A stretch of 46,776 nucleotides of DNA, taken from contig VGLO01000002.1 of NCBI GenBank assembly GCA_016866675.1, positions 1 to 46,776 on the forward strand, given 5' to 3'. Of the stretch, positions 1-8,391 are shown in pieces. Numbering within the stretch: the stretch's first letter is position 1; each line of letters begins with the position of its first letter. This DNA is from Candidatus Staskawiczbacteria bacterium (lineage in GTDB: Bacteria; Patescibacteriota; Minisyncoccia; Minisyncoccales; Staskawiczbacteraceae). The notes below the pieces were generated by a model. That model searched no databases, was not told where the DNA came from, and worked only from the letters and a program-made list of their open reading frames with translations. The position numbers and the translations under genes were made by a program.

Positions 1-366
1 ATAAGAAGCGCTGGAGACTCTAATGTTGGTGACGAAATTACAACAGCTATTTTTAATGAAGGAGATAAAGTGACAGTAGTTGGCTTTTCAAAAGGAAAAG
101 GTTTTCAAGGAGGAGTAAAAAGACACGGTTTTGCAGGAAGAAATAGAAGTCACGGAGCAAAACACGAATCAAGAACTATTGGTTCAACAGGACAGCGTTT
201 TCCACAACACGTTATTAAAGGAAGAAAAATGCCTGGAAGAATGGGGTATGAAAGGGTTACTGTTAAAAATTTGAAAGTTATAAAAATTGATAAAGATAAC
301 AATATTATTGCATTAAAGGGGGCTATTCCAGGACATAGGGGAACACTACTCCAAATTAAAGGATAA
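1..366 (+). CDS. rplC: 50S ribosomal protein L3, C-terminal fragment (gene begins upstream of window)
   Basis: Frame 1 is open from base 1 (IRSAGDSNVGDEITTAIFNEGDKVTVVGFSKGKGFQGGVKRHGFAGR...). This matches the conserved uL3 C-terminus. Stop at 364-366, followed by the canonical L4-L23-L2-S19 order. Confidence 0.95.
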   Translation: MRSAGDSNVGDEITTAIFNEGDKVTVVGFSKGKGFQGGVKRHGFAGRNRSHGAKHESRTIGSTGQRFPQHVIKGRKMPGRMGYERVTVKNLKVIKIDKDNNIIALKGAIPGHRGTLLQIKG

Positions 367-368
367 TT

Positions 369-1007
369 ATGAAAGTAGATATTTATAACGAAAAAGGAGA
401 ATCATCAGGAAGTGCGACTTTGCCTAAGGAAATATTTGAAGTTCCAATGAACGCTGATTTGGTGCACCAAGTTTTGGTTTCATCAAGGTCAAATATTAGA
501 CAAAATTCAGCCCATACAAAAAATAGAGGAGAAGTAAGGGGAGGAGGAAGAAAACCATGGAGACAAAAAGGAACAGGAAGAGCAAGACATGGATCTACTA
601 GGTCTCCAATTTGGAAGGGGGGAGGAGTTTCTGGGGGTCCAAGAAATGAAAGAAATTTTGACAGAGAAATTCCTAAAAAAATGAGAAGAAAGGCTTTGTT
701 TATGGTTTTATCAGAAAAAGCAAGAAATAATTTACTAATTATTGTAGATAAGTTTTTACTTGAAAAAGCAAAAACAAAGACAATGAATGAATTATTTAAA
801 AAATTACCTTTAAATAACTCAAGCAGATTGGTTTTGTATTCAGATGGAAATAATAATGTATATTTGGCTTCAAGAAATATTAAAAAAACAGCAGTTCAGA
901 GAGCAAGAGATTTAAATATTATTGATTTGCTAAATAACAAGTATTTATTAATTTCAAAGGATGTGGTTAAAGAAATAGAAAATACTTTTACTAAAAAAGG
1001 AGAATAA
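369..1007 (+). CDS. rplD: 50S ribosomal protein L4
   Basis: uL4 signature RGGGRKPWRQKGTGRARHGS. The ATG lies 2 nt after the rplC stop. Confidence 0.97.
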   Translation: MKVDIYNEKGESSGSATLPKEIFEVPMNADLVHQVLVSSRSNIRQNSAHTKNRGEVRGGGRKPWRQKGTGRARHGSTRSPIWKGGGVSGGPRNERNFDREIPKKMRRKALFMVLSEKARNNLLIIVDKFLLEKAKTKTMNELFKKLPLNNSSRLVLYSDGNNNVYLASRNIKKTAVQRARDLNIIDLLNNKYLLISKDVVKEIENTFTKKGE

Positions 1008-1010
1008 AAT

Positions 1011-1448
1011 ATGGCTTTATTAGATTTTTTAAACAAAAAGAAAGATTCAGAAAAGGCAAAATCACTGAAAGACTCAAAAGCAAAGCCAGAAAAAAAGGCT
1101 GATAAGGTAGCTTTAGTTAAACCAAAAGAGACTAGCACTTTGCCTGAAGTAAAAAAATATAGCAAAGAGAGTGATTTTTCTTATGAAGTTGTAAGAGAAC
1201 CTCATATTTCAGAAAAATCAACAAACTTAAGCCAAGAAAATAAATACGTTTTTAAAATTTACAAGAATTCAAATAAGCTAGAAATTAAAAAAGCAATTGA
1301 AGGCACTTATGGAGTTAATGTGACTGCTGTAAACATAATAAAAATTCCAAAAAAGAAAAGAAGACTTGGAAAAACAGAAGGATTTAGGAAATCGTATTCA
1401 AAGGCCGTAATTACGATTAAAGAGGGGCAAAGGATAGAAATTTACTAA
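1011..1448 (+). CDS. rplW: 50S ribosomal protein L23 with Lys/Glu-rich N-terminal extension
   Basis: The C-terminal ~90 aa match uL23 (KYVFKI..., EIKKAIEGTYGVNVTAVN). Position between rplD and rplB. Confidence 0.93.
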   Translation: MALLDFLNKKKDSEKAKSLKDSKAKPEKKADKVALVKPKETSTLPEVKKYSKESDFSYEVVREPHISEKSTNLSQENKYVFKIYKNSNKLEIKKAIEGTYGVNVTAVNIIKIPKKKRRLGKTEGFRKSYSKAVITIKEGQRIEIY

Positions 1449-1473
1449 ATATTTATATTAGATAAAAAGTAAA

Positions 1474-2304
1474 ATGAAGATATATAAACCAACAACTCCA
1501 TCAAGAAGAGGAATGACTGGAATTGACTTTTCTCAGCTTACAAAAAAGAGGCCAGAGAAGAGACTTTTAAAATACATTAAAAGAAGCGTTGGTAGATCAA
1601 AATCTTCAGGTAGAATTACTGTTAGACATAAAGGTGGAGGAGTAAAAAAACTTTACAGAATTATTGAATTTGCTCAGACTAAAATGGATGCTCCAGCAAA
1701 AGTGATTGCCCTTGAGTACGATCCAAATAGAACAGCTTTTATTGCTTTAATTGAGTATCAAGATAAAGTGAGGCAGTATATAATTGCCCCACAGAATTTA
1801 AAAGTTGGAGATGAAATTTTATTTTCTGAATCTGCTCAACTAAAGATTGGAAACAGATTAAAACTAAAAAATATTCCAGTTGGGACAAATGTCTATAATA
1901 TTGAATTAGAATCAGGAAAGGGAGGTAAAATGGTAAGGTCAGCGGGATCATCAGCGCAGGTTTTGGCCTTAGAAGGTAAGTTTGTTAACTTGAAAATGCC
2001 CTCTACAGAAGTAAGAAAGGTAAATGGTGAATGCTTCGCTTCTGTGGGAATGGTTTCTAATCCAGAAAACAGATATTATACAATTGGAAAAGCTGGTAAA
2101 TCAAGACTAAAGGGAAGGCGCCCTCATGTTAGAGGAAGTGCAATGAATCCGGTAGATCACCCACACGGTGGAGGAGAAGGAAGACAACCAATTGGATTAA
2201 AACATCCAAAGACTCCATGGGGAAAACCAGCATTAGGAGTTAAAACAAGAAAATCAAAAAGGTGGACAAGTAGATATATAATTCAGAGAAGAAAAAAGAA
2301 ATAA
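1474..2304 (+). CDS. rplB: 50S ribosomal protein L2
   Basis: uL2 signature [18 protein letters not shown]; 276 aa. Confidence 0.98.
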   Translation: MKIYKPTTPSRRGMTGIDFSQLTKKRPEKRLLKYIKRSVGRSKSSGRITVRHKGGGVKKLYRIIEFAQTKMDAPAKVIALEYDPNRTAFIALIEYQDKVRQYIIAPQNLKVGDEILFSESAQLKIGNRLKLKNIPVGTNVYNIELESGKGGKMVRSAGSSAQVLALEGKFVNLKMPSTEVRKVNGECFASVGMVSNPENRYYTIGKAGKSRLKGRRPHVRGSAMNPVDHPHGGGEGRQPIGLKHPKTPWGKPALGVKTRKSKRWTSRYIIQRRKKK

Positions 2305-2402
2305 GGAAGCTGTGGCGAATAATTGCCCCGCCCCCTACGCTAAGGAATAGTCTTGAGCTTAGAGGGTGGAGCGATGATATTCGCTTAGCTCATATATTCA
2401 TC
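2305..2402 (+). other. GC-rich structured spacer (long imperfect hairpin) between rplB and rpsS
   Basis: AGCT-gtg-GCGAATA (2308-2321) pairs with TATTCGC-tt-AGCT (2378-2390). The inner arm CCGCCCCCTACGCTAAGG faces GCTTAGAGGGTGG with G-U pairs. Much more G+C-rich than the flanks. Confidence 0.45.
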
Positions 2403-2732
2403 ATGTCAAGAAGTTTAAGAAAAGGTCCGTTTGTAGACCAAAAATTACTTGAGAAAGTCTTGGGTCAAAGAAAAGAGGACAAGGTAATAATTAAAACCTG
2501 GTCAAGACATTCGACGATTAGTCCAGAAATGGTCGGTTTTACATTTGGAGTTCACAATGGAAAGGAATTTACGCCAGTTTATATTGCAGAAGATATGGTA
2601 GGACACAAGCTTGGAGAATTTTCTCCTACAACTAAGTTTCATAGACATGGAGGAAAGATGCAGAGAGACATTGAAGCGGGTTCAGGAGTTAAGGATGTAG
2701 CTAAGGTTGCTCCGGCAAAACCAGCTAAATAG
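2403..2732 (+). CDS. rpsS: 30S ribosomal protein S19 (short C-terminal extension)
   Basis: RKGPFVD...[25 protein letters not shown]...MVGHKLGEF is the uS19 core. Confidence 0.97.
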   Translation: MSRSLRKGPFVDQKLLEKVLGQRKEDKVIIKTWSRHSTISPEMVGFTFGVHNGKEFTPVYIAEDMVGHKLGEFSPTTKFHRHGGKMQRDIEAGSGVKDVAKVAPAKPAK

Positions 2733-2750
2733 CAATTATTTAAAATAATC

Positions 2751-3209
2751 ATGGAAGTAAAAGTAAGTTTAAACAATTTAAGAACAGCACCAAGAAAAGT
2801 CAGACAAGTGGCTGATTTGGTGAGAAATAAAAATGTTGCAAAAGCAAGATCGCTTCTTGAGGCAACTCCACAGAAAACTTCTATTATGCTTTTAAAGCTT
2901 TTAAAGAGCGCTGTGGCTTCGGCAAATAATGATTTTAAACTTCAAGAAGATAGATTATTTATTGCAAGAATATTTGTAGATGAAGGTCCAAAATTAAAAA
3001 GATGGCATCCAATGTCACGAGGTAGGGCATATCCTATAATGAAGAGGACCTCACATGTCACGCTTGTTATAAGTGACGGAAATAAAGAAAATGATTTAAA
3101 AACTGATGACAAAAAGGAAAAAATAATAAAGAAAGTAAGGGATAAAAAAGAAGAGGTAGTAAAAGTTTCATCAGTTAAGAAAACGGTTAAAAAAACAAAG
3201 AAAAAGTAA
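2751..3209 (+). CDS. rplV: 50S ribosomal protein L22 with Lys-rich C-terminal tail
   Basis: Operon position; uL22-like RKVRQVADLVRNKNV...KRWHPMSRGRAYPIMKRTSH. Confidence 0.95.
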   Translation: MEVKVSLNNLRTAPRKVRQVADLVRNKNVAKARSLLEATPQKTSIMLLKLLKSAVASANNDFKLQEDRLFIARIFVDEGPKLKRWHPMSRGRAYPIMKRTSHVTLVISDGNKENDLKTDDKKEKIIKKVRDKKEEVVKVSSVKKTVKKTKKK

Positions 3210-3210
3210 T

Positions 3211-3882
3211 ATGACACACAAAGTTCACCCAAAAGCATTTAGAATCAGAGGAATGGAAGATTTTAATGTAAGAGGATTCTATGGAAAAAAGATGCCCCAA
3301 TACCTTGAGGAGGACTTTTTGGTCAAAGATTTACTAAATAAAAAATTTAAGGAGGCTTCAATTGCTAATATTGAAATTGAGCACTCTCAAAATAAGATAA
3401 ACATTATTATTGAGTCTTCAAGACCAGGTTTAATTATTGGAAGAGGTGGTCAAGGAGTTGAAGAAATAAAAAAATTAGTTGAAAGTAAAATTTACGGCAG
3501 AAAAAACTTATTTGGAAAAGCAACTGAAAAAACAAAAAGAGAAATTAAGATAGATATTAAGGAAATTAAAAATCCCTGGGTTTCTGCTTCTCTTGTTGCA
3601 AAAATGGCAGCTCAGCAAATTGAAAAGAGAATTCCTTTTAGGCAAGTTTTGAAAAGAAATATGGAAAGAGTAATGCAAAATAAAGAAGTTAAGGGAATTA
3701 AAATGGAGGTCTCCGGAAGACTTAATGGAATTGAAATTGCCAGAAATGAATGGTTAAAGCAAGGTAGAATGCCACTTGCAAGTATAAGAGCAGACATTGA
3801 TTACCATCAATCAGAAGCTTTTTGTACTTATGGAGTGATAGGAGTAAAGGTTTGGATATATAAAGGAGATAAATTTGAATAA
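3211..3882 (+). CDS. rpsC: 30S ribosomal protein S3
   Basis: KVHPKAFR start, KH-domain GLIIGRGGQGVEEIK, C-terminal GRLNGIEIARNEW..GRMPL. Confidence 0.97.
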   Translation: MTHKVHPKAFRIRGMEDFNVRGFYGKKMPQYLEEDFLVKDLLNKKFKEASIANIEIEHSQNKINIIIESSRPGLIIGRGGQGVEEIKKLVESKIYGRKNLFGKATEKTKREIKIDIKEIKNPWVSASLVAKMAAQQIEKRIPFRQVLKRNMERVMQNKEVKGIKMEVSGRLNGIEIARNEWLKQGRMPLASIRADIDYHQSEAFCTYGVIGVKVWIYKGDKFE

Positions 3883-3891
3883 ACCACAAAC

Positions 3892-4308
3892 ATGAGCTTA
3901 TTAATGCCAAAAAAAGTTAAGCACAGAAAATGGTTTAAAGGTAAGTCAAAGGGTATTGAAACCCGAGCGACTGACCTTAATTTTGGAAGCTTTGGATTAA
4001 AATCAATGGGAACAAAATGGATAACTGCAAGACAGATTGAATCAGCAAGAAGATATATTATGAGATATATGAAGAAGGGAGGAAAAATTTGGGTAAGAAT
4101 ATTTCCAGATAAGCCAGTCACTTCAAAGGGAGAAGAAGTGCCATTGGGAGGAGGAAAGGGAGCAGTTCACCACTATGTTTTTGCGATTAGGCCAGGAAGA
4201 ATTATTTTTGAAATTGACGGATTAAAAGAAGATGTGGCAAAAGAAGCTCTTCAAGGAGCATCTAGAAAGTTGCCAATCAAGACAAAATTTGTTAAAAGAG
4301 ATAACTAG
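3892..4308 (+). CDS. rplP: 50S ribosomal protein L16
   Basis: ARQIESARRYIMRYMKKGGKIWVRIFPDKPVTSKG matches uL16. Confidence 0.97.
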   Translation: MSLLMPKKVKHRKWFKGKSKGIETRATDLNFGSFGLKSMGTKWITARQIESARRYIMRYMKKGGKIWVRIFPDKPVTSKGEEVPLGGGKGAVHHYVFAIRPGRIIFEIDGLKEDVAKEALQGASRKLPIKTKFVKRDN

Positions 4309-4328
4309 CAAATTTATTTAATAATAAT

Positions 4329-4514
4329 ATGACAATAGAAGAAATAAGAAAAAAAGACAAAAAAGAATTGGAAAAATTGGTTAATGACCTTAAGAAAAAA
4401 CTTAACGATATTAGGTTTAAGAGGTCTTCAAACCAGTTAAAGAATATTAATGACCTTGTTAACTCAAGGAAGGATATTGCAAAAATCTTAACTGTACTTA
4501 ACGAAATTAAATAA
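4329..4514 (+). CDS. rpmC: 50S ribosomal protein L29
   Basis: 61-aa helical protein in the uL29 slot between rplP and rpsQ. Confidence 0.9.
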   Translation: MTIEEIRKKDKKELEKLVNDLKKKLNDIRFKRSSNQLKNINDLVNSRKDIAKILTVLNEIK

Positions 4515-4541
4515 TTATAGAATAATTTATAACTTATAATC

Positions 4542-4775
4542 ATGAGCAAAAAGAAATTAGAAGGAATTGTAGTTTCAGACAAGATGCAGAAAACGGTTGT
4601 AGTGAAAGTGGAAAGTGTCAAAGAACACCCAAAATACAAGAGAAGGTTTAAGGTACACAAAAAATACAAGGCTCACGATGAAAAACAGGAATTCCATATA
4701 GGAGATAAGGTTGTAATTGAAGAATCTTCACCAATGTCAAAGGAAAAAAGATGGAAGGTTATTTCTAAGATATAA
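4542..4775 (+). CDS. rpsQ: 30S ribosomal protein S17
   Basis: KLEGIVVSDKMQKTVVVKVESVKEHPKYKR is the uS17 core. Confidence 0.96.
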   Translation: MSKKKLEGIVVSDKMQKTVVVKVESVKEHPKYKRRFKVHKKYKAHDEKQEFHIGDKVVIEESSPMSKEKRWKVISKI

Positions 4776-4790
4776 AGATAAAGAAATTAT

Positions 4791-5159
4791 ATGATTCAAT
4801 TAAGATCAATGCTAAAGGTTGCAGATAATAGCGGGGCAAGAATTGTCCAGTGTGTTAACGTTTTGGGCGGAACAAGAAAAAGATATGCTCAAATAGGAGA
4901 TATTATTGTTGCTGCAGTAAAAAAAGCTGAACCAAGAAAACTTGTTAAGAAACATGATGTGATCAAAGCAGTTGTGGTAAGACAAAGAAAAGAGTTTAAA
5001 AGAAAAGACGGTTCATATATTAGATTTGATGACAATGCAGTTGTTGTTTTAGGAGATGGAAAACTACCTAAAGGAGGAAGAGTTTTCGGTCCAATTGCCA
5101 AAGAATTGAAAGAAAAAGGTTTTGACGAAATTGCTCAAATGGCAATAGAATTATTATAG
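4791..5159 (+). CDS. rplN: 50S ribosomal protein L14
   Basis: [17 protein letters not shown]... is the uL14 N-terminus; 122 aa. Confidence 0.98.
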   Translation: MIQLRSMLKVADNSGARIVQCVNVLGGTRKRYAQIGDIIVAAVKKAEPRKLVKKHDVIKAVVVRQRKEFKRKDGSYIRFDDNAVVVLGDGKLPKGGRVFGPIAKELKEKGFDEIAQMAIELL

Positions 5160-5166
5160 AAAATAC

Positions 5167-5472
5167 ATGAAAGTTAAAAAAGGAGATACAGTATTAGTCA
5201 CAGCAGGAAAAGATTCTGGAAAAGTAGCAAAAATTTTAAAGTCTTTCCCAAAAGAAAGTAAGATTTTGGTTGAAGGAGTTAATTTAAAAGCAAAACATAT
5301 TAAACCAAAAAGACAGGGAGAGCAAGGTCAGGTTGTGAGAATTCCAGCTCCATTTAATGTTTCAAATGTTAAGTTTTTGTGTCCAAAGTGCGGAAAGGCT
5401 GTGAGATTGGGATATAAAATTGTTGGTGAGAAGAAATTCAGAGTTTGTAAAAAGTGTAAGTCAGAGTTTTAA
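5167..5472 (+). CDS. rplX: 50S ribosomal protein L24 with C-terminal CxxC...CxxC
   Basis: KOW motif KKGDTVLVTAGKDSGKV. The C-terminus carries CPKC...CKKC. Confidence 0.95.
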   Translation: MKVKKGDTVLVTAGKDSGKVAKILKSFPKESKILVEGVNLKAKHIKPKRQGEQGQVVRIPAPFNVSNVKFLCPKCGKAVRLGYKIVGEKKFRVCKKCKSEF

Positions 5473-5480
5473 AAACTACC

Positions 5481-6047
5481 ATGGAAAAATTACAAGAAAA
5501 ATATAAAAAAGAAGTAATCCCAGCAATGATGGAGAAATTTGGGTACAAAAATAAAATGGCGGTTCCAAAAATAGTTAAGGTGACTATTAATACTTCTTTT
5601 GGAAAAGAAGTTTCAAATAAAACTTCAGGTGAGAGAGAAAAGGTTCAGAAACTTGCTATGAATGACTTGGCGTTAATCTCAGGTCAGAAACCAAAGCTAA
5701 TAAAATCAAAAAAATCTATTGCTGGTTTTAAATTAAGAGAAGGTCTTGAAATAGCTTCTATGGTTACATTGAGAAAGCAAAGAATGTGGGATTTTCTTGA
5801 AAAGTTAATTTATTTATCATTGCCAAGGTCAAGAGACTTTAAGGGGTTGAATGTTAAATTAATTGATCAAGGAGGAAACTTAAGTATAGGATTTAAAGAG
5901 CATATAAACTTCCCAGAAATTTTTACAGAAAAAGAAAAGACAATTTTAGGACTACAAATTACCGTGACGACAAATGCAAAGAATTATGAAAAAGGTTTAG
6001 AATTATTTAAATTAATAGGATTTCCGTTAAAGGAAGATAAAAAGTAA
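5481..6047 (+). CDS. rplE: 50S ribosomal protein L5
   Basis: Operon position and uL5-like sequence (...[14 protein letters not shown]..., ...[16 protein letters not shown]...). Confidence 0.96.
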   Translation: MEKLQEKYKKEVIPAMMEKFGYKNKMAVPKIVKVTINTSFGKEVSNKTSGEREKVQKLAMNDLALISGQKPKLIKSKKSIAGFKLREGLEIASMVTLRKQRMWDFLEKLIYLSLPRSRDFKGLNVKLIDQGGNLSIGFKEHINFPEIFTEKEKTILGLQITVTTNAKNYEKGLELFKLIGFPLKEDKK

Positions 6048-6052
6048 TTTTT

Positions 6053-6238
6053 ATGGCTAAAACATCACAAGAAGCAAAAGCAAAAATGAAACCAAAGTTT
6101 TCAACAAGGTTGCAAAGACGCTGTTTTAGATGTGGAAGAAGAAGAGGTTTTATGAGGGATTTCGGACTTTGCAGGATTTGTTTCCGTGAGCAGGCAAATA
6201 AAGGAGAAATACCGGGAGTAAAAAAATCATCGTGGTAA
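6053..6238 (+). CDS. rpsN: 30S ribosomal protein S14, zinc-binding short form
   Basis: 61 aa with [20 protein letters not shown] (CxxC...CxxC), typical of type-Z uS14. Confidence 0.96.
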   Translation: MAKTSQEAKAKMKPKFSTRLQRRCFRCGRRRGFMRDFGLCRICFREQANKGEIPGVKKSSW

Positions 6239-6250
6239 ATTTATAAAGGT

Positions 6251-6318
6251 TATAGGGTGTAGGATACAGGGTGTAGTGTTAAATTCTAAACCCTAAATCC
6301 TATATCCTAAATCCTAAA
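6251..6318 (+). repeat. Long sense-strand hairpin, CCTAAAT-heptamer family, copy A (upstream of rpsH)
   Basis: 5-prime arm TATAGGGTGTAGGATACAGGGTGTAG (6251-6276) faces 3-prime arm CTAAACCCTAAATCCTATATCCTAAA (6286-6311). Hand pairing gives 20 WC + 2 G-U pairs of 26 positions. CCTAAAT-like units continue to 6318. Confidence 0.7.
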
Positions 6319-6323
6319 GAAAA

Positions 6324-6713
6324 ATGACAGACCCAATTACAGACATGTTAAATCAAATAAAGAATGCTGAGGCCGTACAAAAGACTGAGGTTATTTTGCC
6401 TTTTTCAAAATTAAAAAATGAAATTGCTTTGATAATGCAAAAAGAGAACTTCTTAGGAGAAGTGAAAAAAGTTTCAAAAGGAAAATTGAAACTTTTAAAA
6501 TTAACTTTAAAATATGATAATGGATTGCCCGCCATGGAGGGATTTAAGAGAGTCTCAAAACCGGGGCAAAGAATTTACACAAAATATCAGGAAATAAAGA
6601 AAGTAAGAGGTGGTTATGGAAAAATGATTCTTTCAACGCCAAAAGGCTTAATGACTGGAGTTGAGGCTAAAAAATCAAAATTAGGAGGGGAGGTTTTAAT
6701 GGAAGTTTGGTAG
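6324..6713 (+). CDS. rpsH: 30S ribosomal protein S8
   Basis: MTDPITDMLNQIKNA is the uS8 N-terminus; 129 aa. Confidence 0.97.
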   Translation: MTDPITDMLNQIKNAEAVQKTEVILPFSKLKNEIALIMQKENFLGEVKKVSKGKLKLLKLTLKYDNGLPAMEGFKRVSKPGQRIYTKYQEIKKVRGGYGKMILSTPKGLMTGVEAKKSKLGGEVLMEVW

Positions 6714-6735
6714 AATGCGTTGATAGAATTGAGAA

Positions 6736-6764
6736 TTGACGATGTTTGAAAAATAATATATAAT
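6736..6764 (+). promoter_or_regulatory. Candidate internal sigma-70-type promoter upstream of rplF
   Basis: TTGACG (6736-6741), 17-nt spacer, TATAAT (6759-6764), inside an unusually long 132-nt rpsH-rplF spacer. Chance matches are possible in AT-rich DNA. Confidence 0.4.
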
Positions 6765-6845
6765 AACGAATTCATAAGTTTAAAAAATCATAAAATGTGG
6801 AGCAAGGTAGCGTAATAATGCTTCGCGATTAATGTTTCAAGTTTC

Positions 6846-7391
6846 ATGTCAAGAATAGGAAAAAAATTAATTGATGTACCCTCAACTGTAAAAGTTGAAA
6901 TTACAGGACAAGATATTAAGGTTCAAGGACCTAAGGGTACTTTGGATGCAAAAATTAACAGAGAAATTAAAGTGGAATTAAAGGATGGTAAAATTTCTGT
7001 AATGCCTGTAAGAGCTTTGCCAAAAAGTATGAAGGGATTATGGGGTTTGTATAGGGCATTGATTTTTAATATGATTGAAGGAGTTGAAAAAGGTTTTGAA
7101 AAAAAACTTGAAATTGAAGGAGTTGGATACAAAGCAGCAGTACAAGGAGATGAGTTGGTTTTAAATGTTGGTTTTGTTCACCCTGTTAAGATTAAAAAGC
7201 CTGAAGGAATCGTATTCCTAGTTGAAAAGAACGTAATTACAGTTTCAGGAATTAACAAGGAGCAGGTAGGTCAGATTTCAGCTGAAATAAGAGCTTCAAA
7301 GAAAGCCGAACCATATAAAGGAAAGGGAATTAAATATCAAGGCGAGAAGATTAGAAGAAAAGAAGGAAAGAAGGTTGTAGCTTCAAAATAA
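6846..7391 (+). CDS. rplF: 50S ribosomal protein L6
   Basis: MSRIGKKLIDVPSTVKV start; two-domain uL6 length (181 aa). Confidence 0.96.
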   Translation: MSRIGKKLIDVPSTVKVEITGQDIKVQGPKGTLDAKINREIKVELKDGKISVMPVRALPKSMKGLWGLYRALIFNMIEGVEKGFEKKLEIEGVGYKAAVQGDELVLNVGFVHPVKIKKPEGIVFLVEKNVITVSGINKEQVGQISAEIRASKKAEPYKGKGIKYQGEKIRRKEGKKVVASK

Positions 7392-7414
7392 GATTTACTT
7401 CATAAATATATAAC

Positions 7415-7762
7415 ATGTTAGGAAAAAAAATAAAAAGATTAAAAGCCCACAGAAAGATAAGAATGAAGGTTTTTGGAACAAAAGAAAAGCCAAGACTTTC
7501 GGTTTTTAGGTCTGCAAGCTATATTTACGCCCAACTTATTGATGATGAATCTGGTAAGGTTTTACTTTCTGTATCTGACTTAAAGGTAAAGTCTTCAAAA
7601 GCAAAGAAAGTTGAAAGAGCTATGGAAGTTGGAAAAATAATTGCCAAAGAAGCAGTTTCAAAAAAAATCGAGAAAGTTGTTTTTGATAGAGGAGGCTTTG
7701 TTTTTCATGGAAGAGTAAAGGCTGTGGCTGACGGAGCTAGAGAAGGAGGGTTGAAGTTTTAG
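7415..7762 (+). CDS. rplR: 50S ribosomal protein L18
   Basis: Operon position; uL18-like ...[19 protein letters not shown]...[25 protein letters not shown]. Confidence 0.96.
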   Translation: MLGKKIKRLKAHRKIRMKVFGTKEKPRLSVFRSASYIYAQLIDDESGKVLLSVSDLKVKSSKAKKVERAMEVGKIIAKEAVSKKIEKVVFDRGGFVFHGRVKAVADGAREGGLKF

Positions 7763-7777
7763 ATAAATCTAAAACTT
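7754..7777 (+). other. Perfect 10-bp hairpin spanning the rplR stop codon
   Basis: AAGTTTTAGA-taaa-TCTAAAACTT. The TAG stop (7760-7762) lies in the 5-prime arm. Confidence 0.5.
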
Positions 7778-7835
7778 AAATTTCTAATTTATAAAAATTT
7801 CTTAATTCTAAAATCATAAATCTTAAATCATAATA

Positions 7836-8390
7836 ATGGCAGAAGAAATAAAAAAAGTTGTAAATACAGATAAAAAAATACAGAATAATAACCAGTCTAA
7901 TAGGAGTGATGGTTTTAGGTCAATAAGAAAGTTTTCTGGATCAAGGGCAGCGGTAAGAGATGAATTTGAAACCAAGCTTTTGGATTTAGCCAGAGTGACA
8001 AGAGTGACTGGTGGAGGAAAAAGATTAAGATTTCGTGCAGTTGTAGTAGCTGGGGACAAAAAATCAAAAATTGGAATTGGAATTGACAAAGGCAGGGATG
8101 TTTCTCAAGCAATAGAAAAAGCAACTTCAAGAGCAAAGAAAAATTTGTTGAATGTTGTGATTGTAAACGGAACAATACCTCATCAAGTTGAAGCAAAGTT
8201 TGGCCCAGCAAGAATATTGCTAAAACCACAAAGAAGAGGAAGAGGATTGGTGGCTGGAGGGGCTGTAAGAGCTATTTGTGACTTGGCTGGAATTAAAAAC
8301 GTTTCATCAAAAATACTATCTGGATCAAAAAATAAATTAAATAATGCAAGGGCAACTATGGAGGCATTAAGAAAATTAAAGGCTAGATAA
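7836..8390 (+). CDS. rpsE: 30S ribosomal protein S5 (N-terminal extension)
   Basis: RVTRVTGGGKRLRFRAVVVAGDKKSKIGIGIDKGRDVSQAIEKA is the uS5 core. Confidence 0.96.
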   Translation: MAEEIKKVVNTDKKIQNNNQSNRSDGFRSIRKFSGSRAAVRDEFETKLLDLARVTRVTGGGKRLRFRAVVVAGDKKSKIGIGIDKGRDVSQAIEKATSRAKKNLLNVVIVNGTIPHQVEAKFGPARILLKPQRRGRGLVAGGAVRAICDLAGIKNVSSKILSGSKNKLNNARATMEALRKLKAR

Positions 8391-8391
8391 T

